A stretch of DNA of 64,000 nucleotides from Candidatus Eiseniibacteriota bacterium (GTDB lineage: Bacteria > Eisenbacteria > RBG-16-71-46). The position numbers were made by a program, and so were the translations under genes. The number at the start of each line of letters is the position of its first letter. Position 1 is the first letter of the stretch. The notes under the pieces are model-generated. The model was not told the DNA's origin. It saw only the letters and a list, made by a program, of their open reading frames with translations, and made no database searches. Positions 8,411-19,019 of this stretch are shown piece after piece. The stretch lies in assembly GCA_041483195.1 (NCBI GenBank), contig JBGPFC010000008.1:64467-128466 (forward strand), given 5' to 3'.

Positions 8411-10129
8411 CTAGTCGTTCCGGGGCGCGCGTCGGGCCCGGCCGGGTCGGCGACCGTATGCCCCGGGCGCCGGTTTCGCGATCGCGGGTGGCGCTTCGCG
8501 CATGGCGGGCGCGGCCGGCTCATGCGCCGGCGAGTCCTCGTGCTCGTCCACGTCCTCGGGCGCTTCCGATCCGGTCGATTCTTCCGGCGTGGCCTCCGGC
8601 GCGTCCTCGAACCTGACGGGTTCCGACAGGTCGGGCACGGCCTCGGGATGAAACTCCTCCTCGACTGGGGACGGCTCGATCGCATACGGATCGACGTGAC
8701 GCTCCTCGATCGGGCCCTCCGGTCTGCCCACTTCTTCGAGCTCGTCCTCCTCGTAAGCCGGCGGAACAGGTTCGATCTCGCGCGGCTCGACTTCCGGCGG
8801 CTCGATCGCGCGCCGACGCGGAGCCACCGGCGCCCGTAGCGGCGCCCGCAGCGGCGCACGTTCGACCACCGCCTCGCGCTCGACCACCGGCGCACGCTCG
8901 ACTACCGGCGCGCGCTCGACCACCGGCTCCGCGCTCTCCACCATCGGAGCTTCGTCGCCACGCGGCCTCCGACCGCGACCGCCGCGTCGTCCGCGGCGCC
9001 GGCGCCGGCGCATCTCATCGCTCTCATCTTCGGTCACGACCTCGGCCTGCGATTCGACGGCAGGCGCGGGCGTGGTCACGTGCCCTTCCCGCGATTCACG
9101 GACGCGCGGCTCACGCTCGCGAGGTTCGCGCTCGCCTCCCTCTCGGGCCGGCCGCTCGCCCCGCTCGCTGCCCACGCGATCGAGCGCGTCGCGTGCCGCG
9201 GCCTGCTCCGCCTCCTTCTTGTTGTTGCCCTTGCCCTCGCCGAGCGCCCGCCGCCCGACCAGCACCTCGACCATGAAGTGCTTCGAATGATCGGGGCCCA
9301 TCTCACTGCGGATCCGATAGACCGGATGCGTGCGGAACGTGCTCTGCACGTACTCCTGCAGGTGGCTCTTGTAGTTCGTGTGCCGCTTGTCCGCGACGAT
9401 CTCAGGCGCGTCGCGCAGCAACCACCGCTGGATGAAGGCCCGAGCTGCCTCGAACCCCTGATCCAGGTAGATCGCGCCGATCACGGATTCGAATGCGTCG
9501 GCCAGGATCGAGAGACGCTGCCTCCCGCCCGATTCGATCTCGGAGTGGCTCATCAGCACGAAACGCCCGAGGCCCATCGCCAGCGCGCGTCGCGAGAGGA
9601 TGGCCTTCGACACCAGCAGCGACTTGGTCTTCGTGAGCTGGCCTTCGTGCTCCGTGGGATGTTGCCGGTACAACGACTCGCTGGTCACCAGTCCCAGCAC
9701 CGAGTCGCCCAGGAACTCCAGACGCTCGTTGGATTCGCGGGGACCCTGCCCCGTCACGCTCAGGTAGGAGCGGTGGGTGAGCGCGAGCTTGAGCAGCTCG
9801 AGCCGATTGAAGGTGATGCCGTAGTGGCGCCCGAACTCGGCGAGGATGCGGGCTTCCTGCTCGCTGGTCCCGATTCTCGCGGCGCGCTGCTCAGGGGCGC
9901 GGCGCGGCGGCGCGAACAGCGACCGCAGCCAGCTCCATAGCGAGAATCCCCGGCGGGGCGGCGGCGGTTGCGGTCCGCGCGGCCGGCGCCTGCCCCCGCG
10001 GCGGCGGCGTCCTACGTCGCGGCCTTCATGGCCAGAGTCACGTTGTGTCCCCCGAACCCGAACGAGTTCGAGAGAGCGGCCCTCACGCGCAGCGCGCGGG
10101 CCTGGTTGGGAACGAAATCGAGGTCGCAT
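8411..10129 (-). CDS. rnc: Ribonuclease III with long C-terminal low-complexity extension (start uncertain)
   Basis: ALTHRS, NERLEFLGDSVL, ADAFESVIGAIYLD and dsRBD (NYKSHLQE...KKEAEQAAA); canonical position after fabF. Confidence 0.93.
   Translation of the reverse strand: MRPRFRSQPGPRAAREGRSLELVRVRGTQRDSGHEGRDVGRRRRGGRRRPRGPQPPPPRRGFSLWSWLRSLFAPPRRAPEQRAARIGTSEQEARILAEFGRHYGITFNRLELLKLALTHRSYLSVTGQGPRESNERLEFLGDSVLGLVTSESLYRQHPTEHEGQLTKTKSLLVSKAILSRRALAMGLGRFVLMSHSEIESGGRQRLSILADAFESVIGAIYLDQGFEAARAFIQRWLLRDAPEIVADKRHTNYKSHLQEYVQSTFRTHPVYRIRSEMGPDHSKHFMVEVLVGRRALGEGKGNNKKEAEQAAARDALDRVGSERGERPAREGGEREPREREPRVRESREGHVTTPAPAVESQAEVVTEDESDEMRRRRRRGRRGGRGRRPRGDEAPMVESAEPVVERAPVVERAPVVEREAVVERAPLRAPLRAPVAPRRRAIEPPEVEPREIEPVPPAYEEDELEEVGRPEGPIEERHVDPYAIEPSPVEEEFHPEAVPDLSEPVRFEDAPEATPEESTGSEAPEDVDEHEDSPAHEPAAPAMREAPPAIAKPAPGAYGRRPGRARRAPRND
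8850..8945 (-). repeat. Imperfect 18-bp tandem repeat encoding (P/A)VVER(A/E) in the RNase III tail
   Basis: tcgaccaccg-type units recur every 18 bp; translation EPVVERAPVVERAPVVEREAVVERAP. Confidence 0.8.
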
Positions 10130-11259
10130 TGAGGATCCAGTTGTTCGAGGTTGGTCGTCGGAGGGACGATCCCGCGCGCCAGGGTCAGCGCCGTCACCAC
10201 GGCTTCGAGTCCGCCGGCGGCACCCAGCAGGTGGCCGGTCATGGACTTGGTCGAGCTCATCATCAGCTTGCGCGCGTGCTCGCCGAACACCCGCTTCACC
10301 GCCACGACCTCGATGGGGTCGCCGGTGGGAGTCGAGGTGCCATGGGCGTTGATGTAGAGCACGTCTTCCGCCGGGATGCCGGCGTCTGCCAGCGCGCGCT
10401 GCATCGCGCGCGCCGCGCCGTCACCATCCGCGCTGGGCGCGGTGATGTGGAATGCATCCGCGGATGCGCCGTAGCCGCTGAGCTCGCAGAGAACCGTCGC
10501 GTTGCGGCGCCGGGCGTGGTCCTCGGTCTCGAGGACGATCACGCCCGCGCCTTCGCCGATGACGAAGCCGTCACGATCCTTGTCGAACGGACGGCTGGCT
10601 CGCTGCGGGTCGTCGTTTCGTGTTGAGAGTGTGCGCGCATTGCCGAATCCAGCCAGCGCCATCGGCGTGATGGTGGATTCGCTGCCGCCCGCGAGGATCA
10701 CGTCGGCATCCCCGGCGCGCAAGAGGCGCAGCGCTTCGCCGATCGCGTGTGCGCCCGATGCGCACGCCGAGACCGTACAGAAGTTGGGTCCCTTGAGACC
10801 GAACTGGATGGACACCTGCCCGGCGCCCATGTCCGAGATCATCATCGGGATGAAGAACGGGCTGACCCGGCCCGGACCGCGTTCGACCAGAATGCGGTGC
10901 TGGGTCTCGAAGGTTTCCATTCCGCCGATCCCCGAGCCCACGATGACGCCGATGCGATCGCGGTTCTCGGCATCCAGATCGAGCCCGGAGTTCCGGATCG
11001 CTTCATGGCAGGCGACCACCGCGTACTGAACGAAGCGGTCCATGCGCTTCGCGTCCTTGCGGTCGATCACCCCTTCCGTCGAGAACCCCTTCACTTCGCA
11101 CCCAAAGCGGGTGCCGTACTCCGAGGTGTCGAATCGAGTGATCGGACCGGCGCCGGACACTCCGGCGATCAGCTGCTTCCAGAACGATTCGGTGTCGTTC
11201 CCGAGCGGGGAAATCACACCCGCCCCGGTGACGAACACCCGCCGCTCATGACTGGACAT
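10012..11259 (-). CDS. fabF: 3-oxoacyl-ACP synthase II
   Basis: SACASG, INAHGTST, KSMTGHLLGAAG and SNSFGFGGHN motifs. Confidence 0.97.
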   Translation of the reverse strand: MSSHERRVFVTGAGVISPLGNDTESFWKQLIAGVSGAGPITRFDTSEYGTRFGCEVKGFSTEGVIDRKDAKRMDRFVQYAVVACHEAIRNSGLDLDAENRDRIGVIVGSGIGGMETFETQHRILVERGPGRVSPFFIPMMISDMGAGQVSIQFGLKGPNFCTVSACASGAHAIGEALRLLRAGDADVILAGGSESTITPMALAGFGNARTLSTRNDDPQRASRPFDKDRDGFVIGEGAGVIVLETEDHARRRNATVLCELSGYGASADAFHITAPSADGDGAARAMQRALADAGIPAEDVLYINAHGTSTPTGDPIEVVAVKRVFGEHARKLMMSSTKSMTGHLLGAAGGLEAVVTALTLARGIVPPTTNLEQLDPQCDLDFVPNQARALRVRAALSNSFGFGGHNVTLAMKAAT

Positions 11260-11355
11260 TGATGGTCGGCTCTCCGTTGCCTCGAGTTCCGCCCGCGCGC
11301 GGCGCAGCCACTACACGTTGCCGGAACGCGCGGCGCTCGCTGCGGATCTCCCGCC

Positions 11356-11604
11356 CTAGGACTGGGCGGCGGCGTGTGACTTCAAGTAGTTCATCGCGTC
11401 GCCGACGGTCTTGAGCTTGTCGGCGTCCTCGTCCGGAATATCGATCCCGAACTCTTCCTCGAGCGCCATCACCAGCTCGACGATGTCGAGCGAATCGGCG
11501 CCCAGGTCTTCGATGAACTTCGCGTCCGGGGTCAACTGCTTGGCCTCGACTTCGAGTTCCTTGGCGATGATCTCCTTCACCCGGTCTTCACTGAATGTCG
11601 CCAC
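11356..11604 (-). CDS. acpP: Acyl carrier protein
   Basis: [23 protein letters not shown] start with GGAGGTG RBS. Confidence 0.97.
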   Translation of the reverse strand: MATFSEDRVKEIIAKELEVEAKQLTPDAKFIEDLGADSLDIVELVMALEEEFGIDIPDEDADKLKTVGDAMNYLKSHAAAQS

Positions 11605-11649
11605 CTGATTCACCTCCTGTTGTGGTTCGAGAAGTGCCATTCCATTCGA

Positions 11650-12429
11650 CTACATCACCATTCCGCCGTCCACCGTCCACACCTGCCCGGTGACGTACGA
11701 AGCGCGCGGCGAAGCGAGAAACCCGACCACCTCCGCGACTTCCTCGGGCCGGCCCAGTCGCCCGAGCGGAATGCGTCCCAGCAAGGCGGTCTTCACCGGT
11801 TCGGGAAGCGAGGCGGTCATCTCGGTCTCGATGAAGCCGGGACACACCGCGTTCACCGTGATCGCGCGCCCGCTCAGTTCCCGGGCCAGCGACACCGTGA
11901 GGCCCAGCAGCCCCGCCTTCGAGGCCGCGTAGTTGGCCTGCCCGGGGTTTCCGATCAGGCCGACGACCGACGAGACGTTCACGATGCGGCCGTAGCGCGC
12001 CTTCATCATGGGGCGCACCACCTCGCGACAGCAACGGAAGGCGCCGGTGAGGTTGGTCTCGAGCACCTCGTGCCACTGCGCGTCGGCCATGCGCATGAAC
12101 GCGCCGTCGCGCGCGAGGCCCGCGTTGTTCACGAGCACGTCGACCCGCCGCAGCTCGGCGAGCGCGGTTCCGAACGCCGATTCGACCGAGGCGGTATCGG
12201 AGACATCGGCCGCGAACGCGCGCGCCGGGTGCCCCGCGGCCCGCAGGCTCTCGACCGCGGCGCCCGCACGCTCCTGATTGCGGCCGAAGATCGCGACCGT
12301 CGCGCCGCGCGCGCCCAGCGTCCGGGCGATGGCGAGCCCGATCCCGGTCGCGCCGCCGGTGACGAACGCCACCTGCCCCGCGAGCTCCCGGCCGGCCACG
12401 GTCGCGGCGGCGCCGAGCGTTTCGGACAT
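11650..12429 (-). CDS. fabG: 3-oxoacyl-ACP reductase
   Basis: [12 protein letters not shown] and GQANYAASK motifs; fab operon context. Confidence 0.95.
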   Translation of the reverse strand: MSETLGAAATVAGRELAGQVAFVTGGATGIGLAIARTLGARGATVAIFGRNQERAGAAVESLRAAGHPARAFAADVSDTASVESAFGTALAELRRVDVLVNNAGLARDGAFMRMADAQWHEVLETNLTGAFRCCREVVRPMMKARYGRIVNVSSVVGLIGNPGQANYAASKAGLLGLTVSLARELSGRAITVNAVCPGFIETEMTASLPEPVKTALLGRIPLGRLGRPEEVAEVVGFLASPRASYVTGQVWTVDGGMVM

Positions 12430-13385
12430 CAGGCCCTCCCCGCGGCCGGAAGCGCGGCGTTGAGCGCCGCCAGCGTCGCGCTCAGCGACTCCGGGTCGTC
12501 GACGTTCCACGAGGCTGCATCGCGGTCCAGCGTGCGCAACAGGCCGCGCAGCACGCGGCCGGTGCCGACCTCGACGAAACCCTGCGCCCCGCCCGCGAGC
12601 ACCAGGCGCATCGATTCCTCCCAGCGCACGGCGCCCAGCAACTGGCGCTCGAGCGCCGAGCGGATCTCGTCGGCGCGGCGCACCGGCGCGGCATCCACGT
12701 TCGTGATGACGGGGCAGCGCGCGTCGCGCAGCGGCGTGTCGGCGAGCGCGGCGGCCAGCCCCAGGGCGGCGGACGCCATCAGCGGCGAATGGAACGCTCC
12801 GCTCACCTCGAGCCGAATCGCGCGCTTCGCGCCCCGCGCGCGCGCGATCTCGCACGCGCGCTCCACGCCCGCGACTTCCCCCGAAATCACGATCTGCCCG
12901 GGAGCGTTGAGGTTCGCCGCCTGCACGACTCCGGCCGCCGACGCTTCCAGGCACAACGCGTCCACCGCCGTGCGATCGAGCCCCAGGATGGCCGCCATGG
13001 TGCCGGGGCGCTCGATTCCTGCGCGCTGCATGAGCTCGCCGCGACGACGCGTGAGGCGCAGCGCGTCCTCGAAGGCAATCGCACCCGCCGCGACGCATGC
13101 CGAATACTCGCCGAGACTGTGACCCGCCACCCAGTCGGGCCTGAGCCCCGCGGCCTCCAGCAGCCTGAACGCCGCGACGCTGTGCGCGAGGAGCGCGGGC
13201 TGTGCGTTCACCGTCATGCGCAGCTCGGCTTCCGGGCCTTCCCAGCACAGGCGCGACAGCGGGAAGCCGAGCGCGCGGTCGGCCACTTCGAACGCCTCGC
13301 GAGCGAGCGCGTACTGCGTGGCGAGCGCGCGACCCATTCCGACGGCCTGCGCGCCCTGGCCCGGAAACACGAACGCGAGCTTCAC
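12429..13385 (-). CDS. fabD: Malonyl-CoA:ACP transacylase
   Basis: [16 protein letters not shown] and VSGAFHS motifs; GTG start overlaps the fabH stop. Confidence 0.96.
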   Translation of the reverse strand: MKLAFVFPGQGAQAVGMGRALATQYALAREAFEVADRALGFPLSRLCWEGPEAELRMTVNAQPALLAHSVAAFRLLEAAGLRPDWVAGHSLGEYSACVAAGAIAFEDALRLTRRRGELMQRAGIERPGTMAAILGLDRTAVDALCLEASAAGVVQAANLNAPGQIVISGEVAGVERACEIARARGAKRAIRLEVSGAFHSPLMASAALGLAAALADTPLRDARCPVITNVDAAPVRRADEIRSALERQLLGAVRWEESMRLVLAGGAQGFVEVGTGRVLRGLLRTLDRDAASWNVDDPESLSATLAALNAALPAAGRA

Positions 13386-14449
13386 TCGCCCGCCCCTCGC
13401 GCCGCGGTGGCGGGCTCGGCGAGCCGGGATGCGATCCGGGTCCTGGGGGTCCAGCGCGCCACCGAGGCACCCCAGGTCACGCCGCCCCCGAACGCCATGA
13501 AACCCACGAGATCGCCCTGCTTGAGCCGGCCTTCGCGCACCACCTCGTCGAGACTGATCGGGATCGACGCAGAGGACGTGTTGCCGTAGCGGTCGATGTT
13601 GACGATCACTTTCTCGGGCGGCGTGCCCAGCCGTTCGCGCACCGCGTCGATGATTCTCAGGTTGGCCTGATGCGGGATGATGAGGTCCAGCTCGTCTGGC
13701 GCGAGCCCCGCCACATCGAGCGCGCGGCGCATGCTGTCTTCCATGGCGCGCACCGCCACCTTGAACAGCTCCCTGCCGCGCATGTGAATGAAATGATCCC
13801 GCGCCTCGACGGTCGCCGCCGAGGCCGGCGTGCGTGATCCCCCCGCCGGCACCTCGAGCACGCCGCCGAGTTCCCCGTCGCTCTGGATCACGATCGCGAG
13901 CAGCCCGTCGCCGGGGGCGCACGGACGCAGCACCGCCGCCCCGGCCCCGTCGCCGAACAGCACGCAGGTATTGCGGTCGGTGTAGTCCGTGATGCGCGAC
14001 AGCGTCTCGACCCCGATGACTAGCACGGTCTCGGCCTGCCCGGTGCCGATCATCCCGCGCCCGATCGAGAGCCCGTACATGAACCCGGTGCACGCCGCGA
14101 ACACGTCGTAGGCCGCGGCGCGGCGCGCGCCCAGCGCGGCCTGCACCGTGCACGCGCAGGATGGCAGGACGCGGTCCGGGGTCGTGGTCGCGAGCACGAT
14201 CTGATCGACGTCCATCGGCGTCAGCCCCGCGCTCTCGAGCGCGCGCCGCGCCGCGATCAGGGCGAGGTCGGAGGACGCCTGCTCGGGGGCCGCGATGCGC
14301 CGCTCGCGAATCCCGGTGCGCTCGAGGATCCACTCGTCGGAGGTCTCGACCATTTGTTCCAGCTCGCGATTCGTGAGCACGCGATCGGGCACGTACATGC
14401 CGGTCCCCGCGATGGTCACCCCGCGCAGCGCGTCAGGCCGCGGTGTCAT
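13382..14449 (-). CDS. fabH: 3-oxoacyl-ACP synthase III
   Basis: [23 protein letters not shown] and YGNTSSAS motifs. Confidence 0.96.
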   Translation of the reverse strand: MTPRPDALRGVTIAGTGMYVPDRVLTNRELEQMVETSDEWILERTGIRERRIAAPEQASSDLALIAARRALESAGLTPMDVDQIVLATTTPDRVLPSCACTVQAALGARRAAAYDVFAACTGFMYGLSIGRGMIGTGQAETVLVIGVETLSRITDYTDRNTCVLFGDGAGAAVLRPCAPGDGLLAIVIQSDGELGGVLEVPAGGSRTPASAATVEARDHFIHMRGRELFKVAVRAMEDSMRRALDVAGLAPDELDLIIPHQANLRIIDAVRERLGTPPEKVIVNIDRYGNTSSASIPISLDEVVREGRLKQGDLVGFMAFGGGVTWGASVARWTPRTRIASRLAEPATAARGAGE

Positions 14450-15458
14450 GGTCCGCCTCGATCTCTTCCCGGATGTGCTCGTTCACGCGCTGGTCGACGA
14501 AGCGCGTCAGCGTGCGAATGGCGCTGCGAAACGCCCGCGCGCCGCTGCGGCCGTGACCGATGAAGCAGACGCCGTTGACGCCCAGCAGCGGCGCGGCGCC
14601 GAACTCTTCCCAGTCGATCTGCGCGCGGAGCCGGCGCAGCGCCGGCATCATGAACAGCGCGCCCACCCGGGCGAGGAGGTCGCGGCGCAGTTCCTCGCGC
14701 ACCTTGTGCGTGAGCAGACCGACCACGCTCTCCGCGGTCTTCAGCACGACGTTGCCCGTGAATCCGTCCGTCACGACCACGTCGCAGCTGCCCTTGAACA
14801 CGTCGCGGCCTTCGACGTTGCCGATGAAGTTGAGGTGCTGTGCGCGGCGCAGGAGCGGCAGCGTTTCCTGGACCAGACCATTGCCCTTCGAGTCTTCTTC
14901 GCCGATCGAGAGCAACCCGACCCGCGGGTTCTCACGCCCCAGCAGGTAGCGCGCGTAGACCGATCCCATGTGGGCGAACTGCACCAGGTAGGACGCCTTG
15001 CACTCGGCGTTGGCTCCGACGTCGAGCACCACCGTGCCGCCGGCGGGATTCGGCATGAAGGCGGCGAGCGCGGGGCGCGTCACCGATTCGAGCCGGCCGA
15101 GACCGAGCAGCGCGGTCGCGACCACCGCGCCGGTATTGCCCGCGCTGAAGATCGCATCCACGCGGCCTTCCTTGTGGAGTTGTGTGAGCATGCCGAGCGA
15201 GGTGCGGCTCTTGCGGCGCGCAGCCGCCACGGCTTTCTCGTCCATCTCGATCCGCTCGGGGGCGTGCACGACCTCGATGGGAAAGCCGCCGGCGCGCGCG
15301 TGGCTGAGCGCGGGGCGGATCTCGCTTTCGTCGCCGACCAGCGTGACGCGAAAACGGCCCGGCATCTGGCGAAACGCCAGGACCGTGCCCTCCGCCACCA
15401 CCGAGGGGCCGAAGTCCCCCCCCATCGCGTCAATGCCGATGTGCGGGAGGTTGGCCAT
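14433..15458 (-). CDS. plsX: Phosphate acyltransferase
   Basis: IDAMGGDFGP, SAGNTGA, DVGANAE and DGFTGNV motifs. Confidence 0.96.
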   Translation of the reverse strand: MANLPHIGIDAMGGDFGPSVVAEGTVLAFRQMPGRFRVTLVGDESEIRPALSHARAGGFPIEVVHAPERIEMDEKAVAAARRKSRTSLGMLTQLHKEGRVDAIFSAGNTGAVVATALLGLGRLESVTRPALAAFMPNPAGGTVVLDVGANAECKASYLVQFAHMGSVYARYLLGRENPRVGLLSIGEEDSKGNGLVQETLPLLRRAQHLNFIGNVEGRDVFKGSCDVVVTDGFTGNVVLKTAESVVGLLTHKVREELRRDLLARVGALFMMPALRRLRAQIDWEEFGAAPLLGVNGVCFIGHGRSGARAFRSAIRTLTRFVDQRVNEHIREEIEADHDTAA

Positions 15459-15475
15459 GGATGGCGCCGGTCACC

Positions 15476-15658
15476 CTACTCTTCGCGCGGCGGTGTGATC
15501 TCTTCGCCGTCGTAGTAGCCGCAGTTGGCACAGATGCGGTGCGGCTGCTTGGGGCTGCTGCAGTGGCTGCAGGCATTGAGGCCCGGAGCCTTGAGCTTCC
15601 AGTGCGTGCGCCGCTTCTTGCCGCGCGTGCTCGAATGCCGCCGCTTCGGTACCGCCAT
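15476..15658 (-). CDS. rpmF: 50S ribosomal protein L32 (zinc-ribbon type)
   Basis: MAVPKRRHS...CSHC...HRICANCGYY. Confidence 0.97.
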   Translation of the reverse strand: MAVPKRRHSSTRGKKRRTHWKLKAPGLNACSHCSSPKQPHRICANCGYYDGEEITPPREE

Positions 15659-15706
15659 GAATTCATCCTCCCTCGCGCCGCGCGGTCACCCGCCGCTCTC
15701 CGGCGC

Positions 15707-16174
15707 TCAGCTGTGTGCGCAGGGCTCCAGGTTGCGGTCCGCCCCACAGACGGGGCACAGACCCCGGCAATCCTCGCGACAGTGGGGCGCGAGCGGTAGC
15801 TCGAGCAGCAACGTCTCGCGCGCCTCGTCGCTCATGTCCAGGTGCCGGCCGTCGTGGAACTTCATGTAGTGATCCCGTTCGAGCGCCTCTTCCTCGAAGC
15901 GCCGGCCCGAACTGGATCGCTCGGCGTAGAGATCGAGCTGCGGCGTCACATGCAGCTCGAACCCACGCAGGCAGCGCACGCACTCGAGCGCGGCCACGGC
16001 ATCCAGCCGGCCCCGTACCGAGACCTGCTCGCCGTTCTTTTCGACCTCGAACGTACCCCGGACCCGACCCGACCACTCCGCTTGCGGGAGGCCCAATTCG
16101 GCGGCCTCGCACTCGAGACCCAGCCGATGCCAGCCGGGGGAGAGTGCCGCGAGGTCAATCGAAAATGCGGACAT
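15707..16174 (-). CDS. yceD: YceD/DUF177 family protein
   Basis: ECVRCL and HCREDCRGLCPVCGADRN motifs; lies upstream of rpmF. Confidence 0.9.
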   Translation of the reverse strand: MSAFSIDLAALSPGWHRLGLECEAAELGLPQAEWSGRVRGTFEVEKNGEQVSVRGRLDAVAALECVRCLRGFELHVTPQLDLYAERSSSGRRFEEEALERDHYMKFHDGRHLDMSDEARETLLLELPLAPHCREDCRGLCPVCGADRNLEPCAHS

Positions 16175-16213
16175 ACAAAATGAGCCCGCCAGAGCGGGGC
16201 CCGGAATGTGGGC

Positions 16214-16242
16214 AACCTAACACAGCCCCCGGCTTTCGTCTA
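16214..16242 (-). promoter_or_regulatory. Putative sigma70 promoter of the yceD-rpmF-fab operon
   Basis: Minus strand TAGACG-N17-TAGGTT with a TG extension. Confidence 0.5.
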
Positions 16243-16279
16243 GACGAGCGGGCCCGCCAAGCTGACCGCCGCGAGCGCA

Positions 16280-16702
16280 TCAGCGCGAGAGCGCGGCGAC
16301 CCCGAAAAACAGCTTCACCTCGCGCTCGCCGCTCGCGGGACCGTCCGAGGCGTGCACCGAATTGCGCCCCTTGCTCTCGGCGTACAGCTTGCGGATGGTG
16401 CCCGCCGCCGCTTGCTCCGGATCGGTCGCGCCGATGACCTCACGCAGGAAGGCGACCGCGCTCTCGCGCTCGAGGCAGGTCAGCATCACGGGGCCAGAGG
16501 TCATGAAGTCGACCAGCTCGTTGAAGAACGGCTTTCCCAGGTGTTCGGCGTAGAAGGTCTGGGCCTCCTCGCGGGTCATGCGGCCGAAGCGCGCTTCGAC
16601 GATGCGGAACCCGCGCTCCTCGACATGGGCGAGGATCTTCCCAATCAGGTTTCGCTGGACCGCATCGGGTTTGACGATGAACAGGGTGCGCTCGACTGCC
16701 AA
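16280..16702 (-). CDS. ndk: Nucleoside-diphosphate kinase
   Basis: ERTLFIVKPDAV, GTIR and NSVHASD motifs. Confidence 0.97.
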   Translation of the reverse strand: MAVERTLFIVKPDAVQRNLIGKILAHVEERGFRIVEARFGRMTREEAQTFYAEHLGKPFFNELVDFMTSGPVMLTCLERESAVAFLREVIGATDPEQAAAGTIRKLYAESKGRNSVHASDGPASGEREVKLFFGVAALSR

Positions 16703-16745
16703 GGTGCTCTCCTTCGGGTTGTGGGACTCCGTTCGGAGTCCCGTA

Positions 16746-17828
16746 TCAGGGCGTGCCGGGGCGTCTCCGGGGACGGCGCTTGCGGGCCGCGGCCGCTTTG
16801 GTGCGCGCGCCGCGCGCGGTGGCCCCCACGCGCCCGCGCCGCGAAGCCGACCGCGGACCCGACGCGCGTGGCCGGGTGGCGGACGCTCGCCGCGCTGGCG
16901 CGCCGGGCTTCGCGGCGACGCGCGCGCGATGACGCCGTCGCTCCAGCGCTTCCGCGATCAGCGATGGGATTTCGGATGGAATGCGGGCGACCGGGACGCC
17001 GGCGGCCGCGAAGGCCGCCATCTTCTCCGCCGCCGTGCCGGTCCCGCCCGAGATGATGGCGCCCGCGTGACCCATGCGCTTGCCGGCCGGGGCCGTCTGC
17101 CCGGCGATGAAGGCGACCACCGGCTTCTTCACGTGGCGGCGGATGAAGAGCGCGGCCTCTTCCTCATCGGTTCCGCCGATCTCCCCCATCAGTACGATCG
17201 CCTCGGTGTGCGGGTCGGCTTCGAACAACGCGAGCGAGTCGATGAAGTTCGTGCCGATCACCGGATCGCCGCCGATGCCGAGGCAGGTGCTCTGTCCGAG
17301 CCCGGCGCGGGTGAGCTGGTGGACGACCTCGTACGTGAGCGTTCCGCTGCGCGACACCACGCCCACCGGCCCGGGCTTCGCGATGTGCCCGGGCATGATG
17401 CCGACCTTCGACAACCCGGGCGAGAGCAGCCCCGGACAGTTCGGTCCCACCAGCCGCGGCCGCCCGTTGCCGTTGCGCTCGCGCAGCCGTGCGATGTGGT
17501 GATAGGCCGCCGTCGCGTCGCGCACCGGAACCCCCTCGGTGATGCACACGATCAGCGCGAGTCCGGCGTCGGCGGCCTCGAAGATGGCGTCGGCCGCGAA
17601 CGGGGCGGGCACGTAGATGACCGACGCGTTCGCGCGCGTCGCGGCGACGGCCTCGGCGACGCTGTCGTACACCGGGACGCCGTGCACGCGCTCGCCCCCC
17701 TTGCCGGGCGTGACCCCGGCCACGACGCGCGTGCCGTATGCGAGCATCTGCTCCGTGTGGAACGCGCCGTCGCGGCCGGTGATGCCCTGCACCACGAGTC
17801 GCGTGCTCTTGTCGACGAGGATGCTCAC
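16746..17828 (-). CDS. sucD: Succinyl-CoA synthetase alpha subunit with basic C-terminal tail
   Basis: [21 protein letters not shown] and RMGHAGAII motifs; GTG start overlaps the sucC stop. Confidence 0.96.
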   Translation of the reverse strand: MSILVDKSTRLVVQGITGRDGAFHTEQMLAYGTRVVAGVTPGKGGERVHGVPVYDSVAEAVAATRANASVIYVPAPFAADAIFEAADAGLALIVCITEGVPVRDATAAYHHIARLRERNGNGRPRLVGPNCPGLLSPGLSKVGIMPGHIAKPGPVGVVSRSGTLTYEVVHQLTRAGLGQSTCLGIGGDPVIGTNFIDSLALFEADPHTEAIVLMGEIGGTDEEEAALFIRRHVKKPVVAFIAGQTAPAGKRMGHAGAIISGGTGTAAEKMAAFAAAGVPVARIPSEIPSLIAEALERRRHRARVAAKPGAPARRASATRPRASGPRSASRRGRVGATARGARTKAAAARKRRPRRRPGTP

Positions 17829-18985
17829 GCGCCCACCTCCTGCGCCTTCGCGATCACGGCGCGCACACCCTCGTCCATGCTGGTCGTGGCCGAGAGTCCG
17901 TGATCCGCGAGGATCTTGCGCGCCAGCTCCTCGTTGGTGCCGGTGAGGCGGATGACCAGCGGCACCTCGAGCGGAGATTCGGCGAGCGACTGGACGATGC
18001 CGTTGGCGACGTCGTCGCAACGCGTGATGCCGCCGAAGATGTTGAAGAGGATCGCCCGCACCCGCGAGCCCCGCTCGCCGTCGCGCGCGTCGGTGGTGAT
18101 GATCCGGAGCGCGGCCGTCACCTTGTCCGGGTTCGACGAGCCGCCGATGTCGAGGAAATTGGCGGGCTCGCCCCCGTAGTGCTTGACCAGGTCCATGGTC
18201 GCCATGGCCAGACCCGCCCCGTTCACGACGCAGCCGATGTCGCCGTCGAGCTTCACGTAGGAGAGTCCCTTCTCGCGGGCGAGCCGCGCGCCCGCCGTCT
18301 CCTCGTCCGGATCGCGCCAGGTGGCCCAGTCGCGATGCCGGAAGTCGGCGTTGTCGTCGAGGATCACCTTGGCGTCGAGGGCGACGACCCTGCCCTCCGG
18401 CGTGATCGCGAGTGGATTGATCTCGGCGAGCTGGCAGTCGGCCTCCTGGTACACGCGCCACAGCTTGAGCAGCACGTCGGCCGCCTGCTGCACCAGCTTG
18501 CCGTCCTTCAGCACCGGCTGAAACAGGGCGCGCGCCTCGTAGGGCCTGAGGCCCTCGAGCGGAATCGGGCGCCTGAGGATCTTCTCGGGAGCGGTGCGCG
18601 CGACCTCCTCGATCTCGACTCCGCCCTCCGCCGACAGCATGATGAGCGGCAGCTTGCGGCTGCGATCGAGCACGATCGAGAGGTAGAGCTCGCGCGCGAT
18701 CTCGGCGGCCTGCGCCACCAGCACCTTCCGCACCCTGAGCCCCTTGATGGTGAGCGCGAGGATGTCGCGAGCCTTCTCGAACGCCTCATCGGGCGAGTGC
18801 GCGAGCTTCACGCCGCCCGCCTTGCCGCGCCCTCCCACCAGAACCTGGGCCTTGATCACGACCGTCCCGCCGATCGAGGCCGCCACGTCGCGCGCCTCCT
18901 CGGGAGTGCTCGCGACCTGCCCGGGCAGCACCGGCAGGCCGAAGCGGGCGAACAACTCCTTTGCCTGGTACTCGTGAAGGTTCAT
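17825..18985 (-). CDS. sucC: Succinyl-CoA synthetase beta subunit
   Basis: [29 protein letters not shown] and [10 protein letters not shown] motifs. Confidence 0.97.
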   Translation of the reverse strand: MNLHEYQAKELFARFGLPVLPGQVASTPEEARDVAASIGGTVVIKAQVLVGGRGKAGGVKLAHSPDEAFEKARDILALTIKGLRVRKVLVAQAAEIARELYLSIVLDRSRKLPLIMLSAEGGVEIEEVARTAPEKILRRPIPLEGLRPYEARALFQPVLKDGKLVQQAADVLLKLWRVYQEADCQLAEINPLAITPEGRVVALDAKVILDDNADFRHRDWATWRDPDEETAGARLAREKGLSYVKLDGDIGCVVNGAGLAMATMDLVKHYGGEPANFLDIGGSSNPDKVTAALRIITTDARDGERGSRVRAILFNIFGGITRCDDVANGIVQSLAESPLEVPLVIRLTGTNEELARKILADHGLSATTSMDEGVRAVIAKAQEVGA

Positions 18986-19019
18986 GTCTCCCTCGGTCCG
19001 CGGGCCGCCCGCCTGGCGA

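Noticed and set aside
8169..8414. 81-aa ORF starting near the predicted sigma54 TSS
   Set aside because: It runs through the terminator to the rnc stop and has no protein-like features. An sRNA fits better, though the ORF is not excluded.
8820..9140. Short repeats resembling a CRISPR array
   Set aside because: In-frame coding repeats without spacers, and no cas genes are present.
11650..14333. Apparent long N-terminal extensions of FabG (606 aa) and FabD (634 aa); likewise for SucC, SucD, RfaE2, the anti-sigma factor and RadC
   Set aside because: They are alternative-frame run-ins over the upstream gene; internal starts with overlaps or RBSs give normal lengths.
10012..15458. Possible type II PKS cluster
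   Set aside because: Canonical plsX-fabHDG-acpP-fabF fatty-acid operon with no chain-length factor or tailoring genes.
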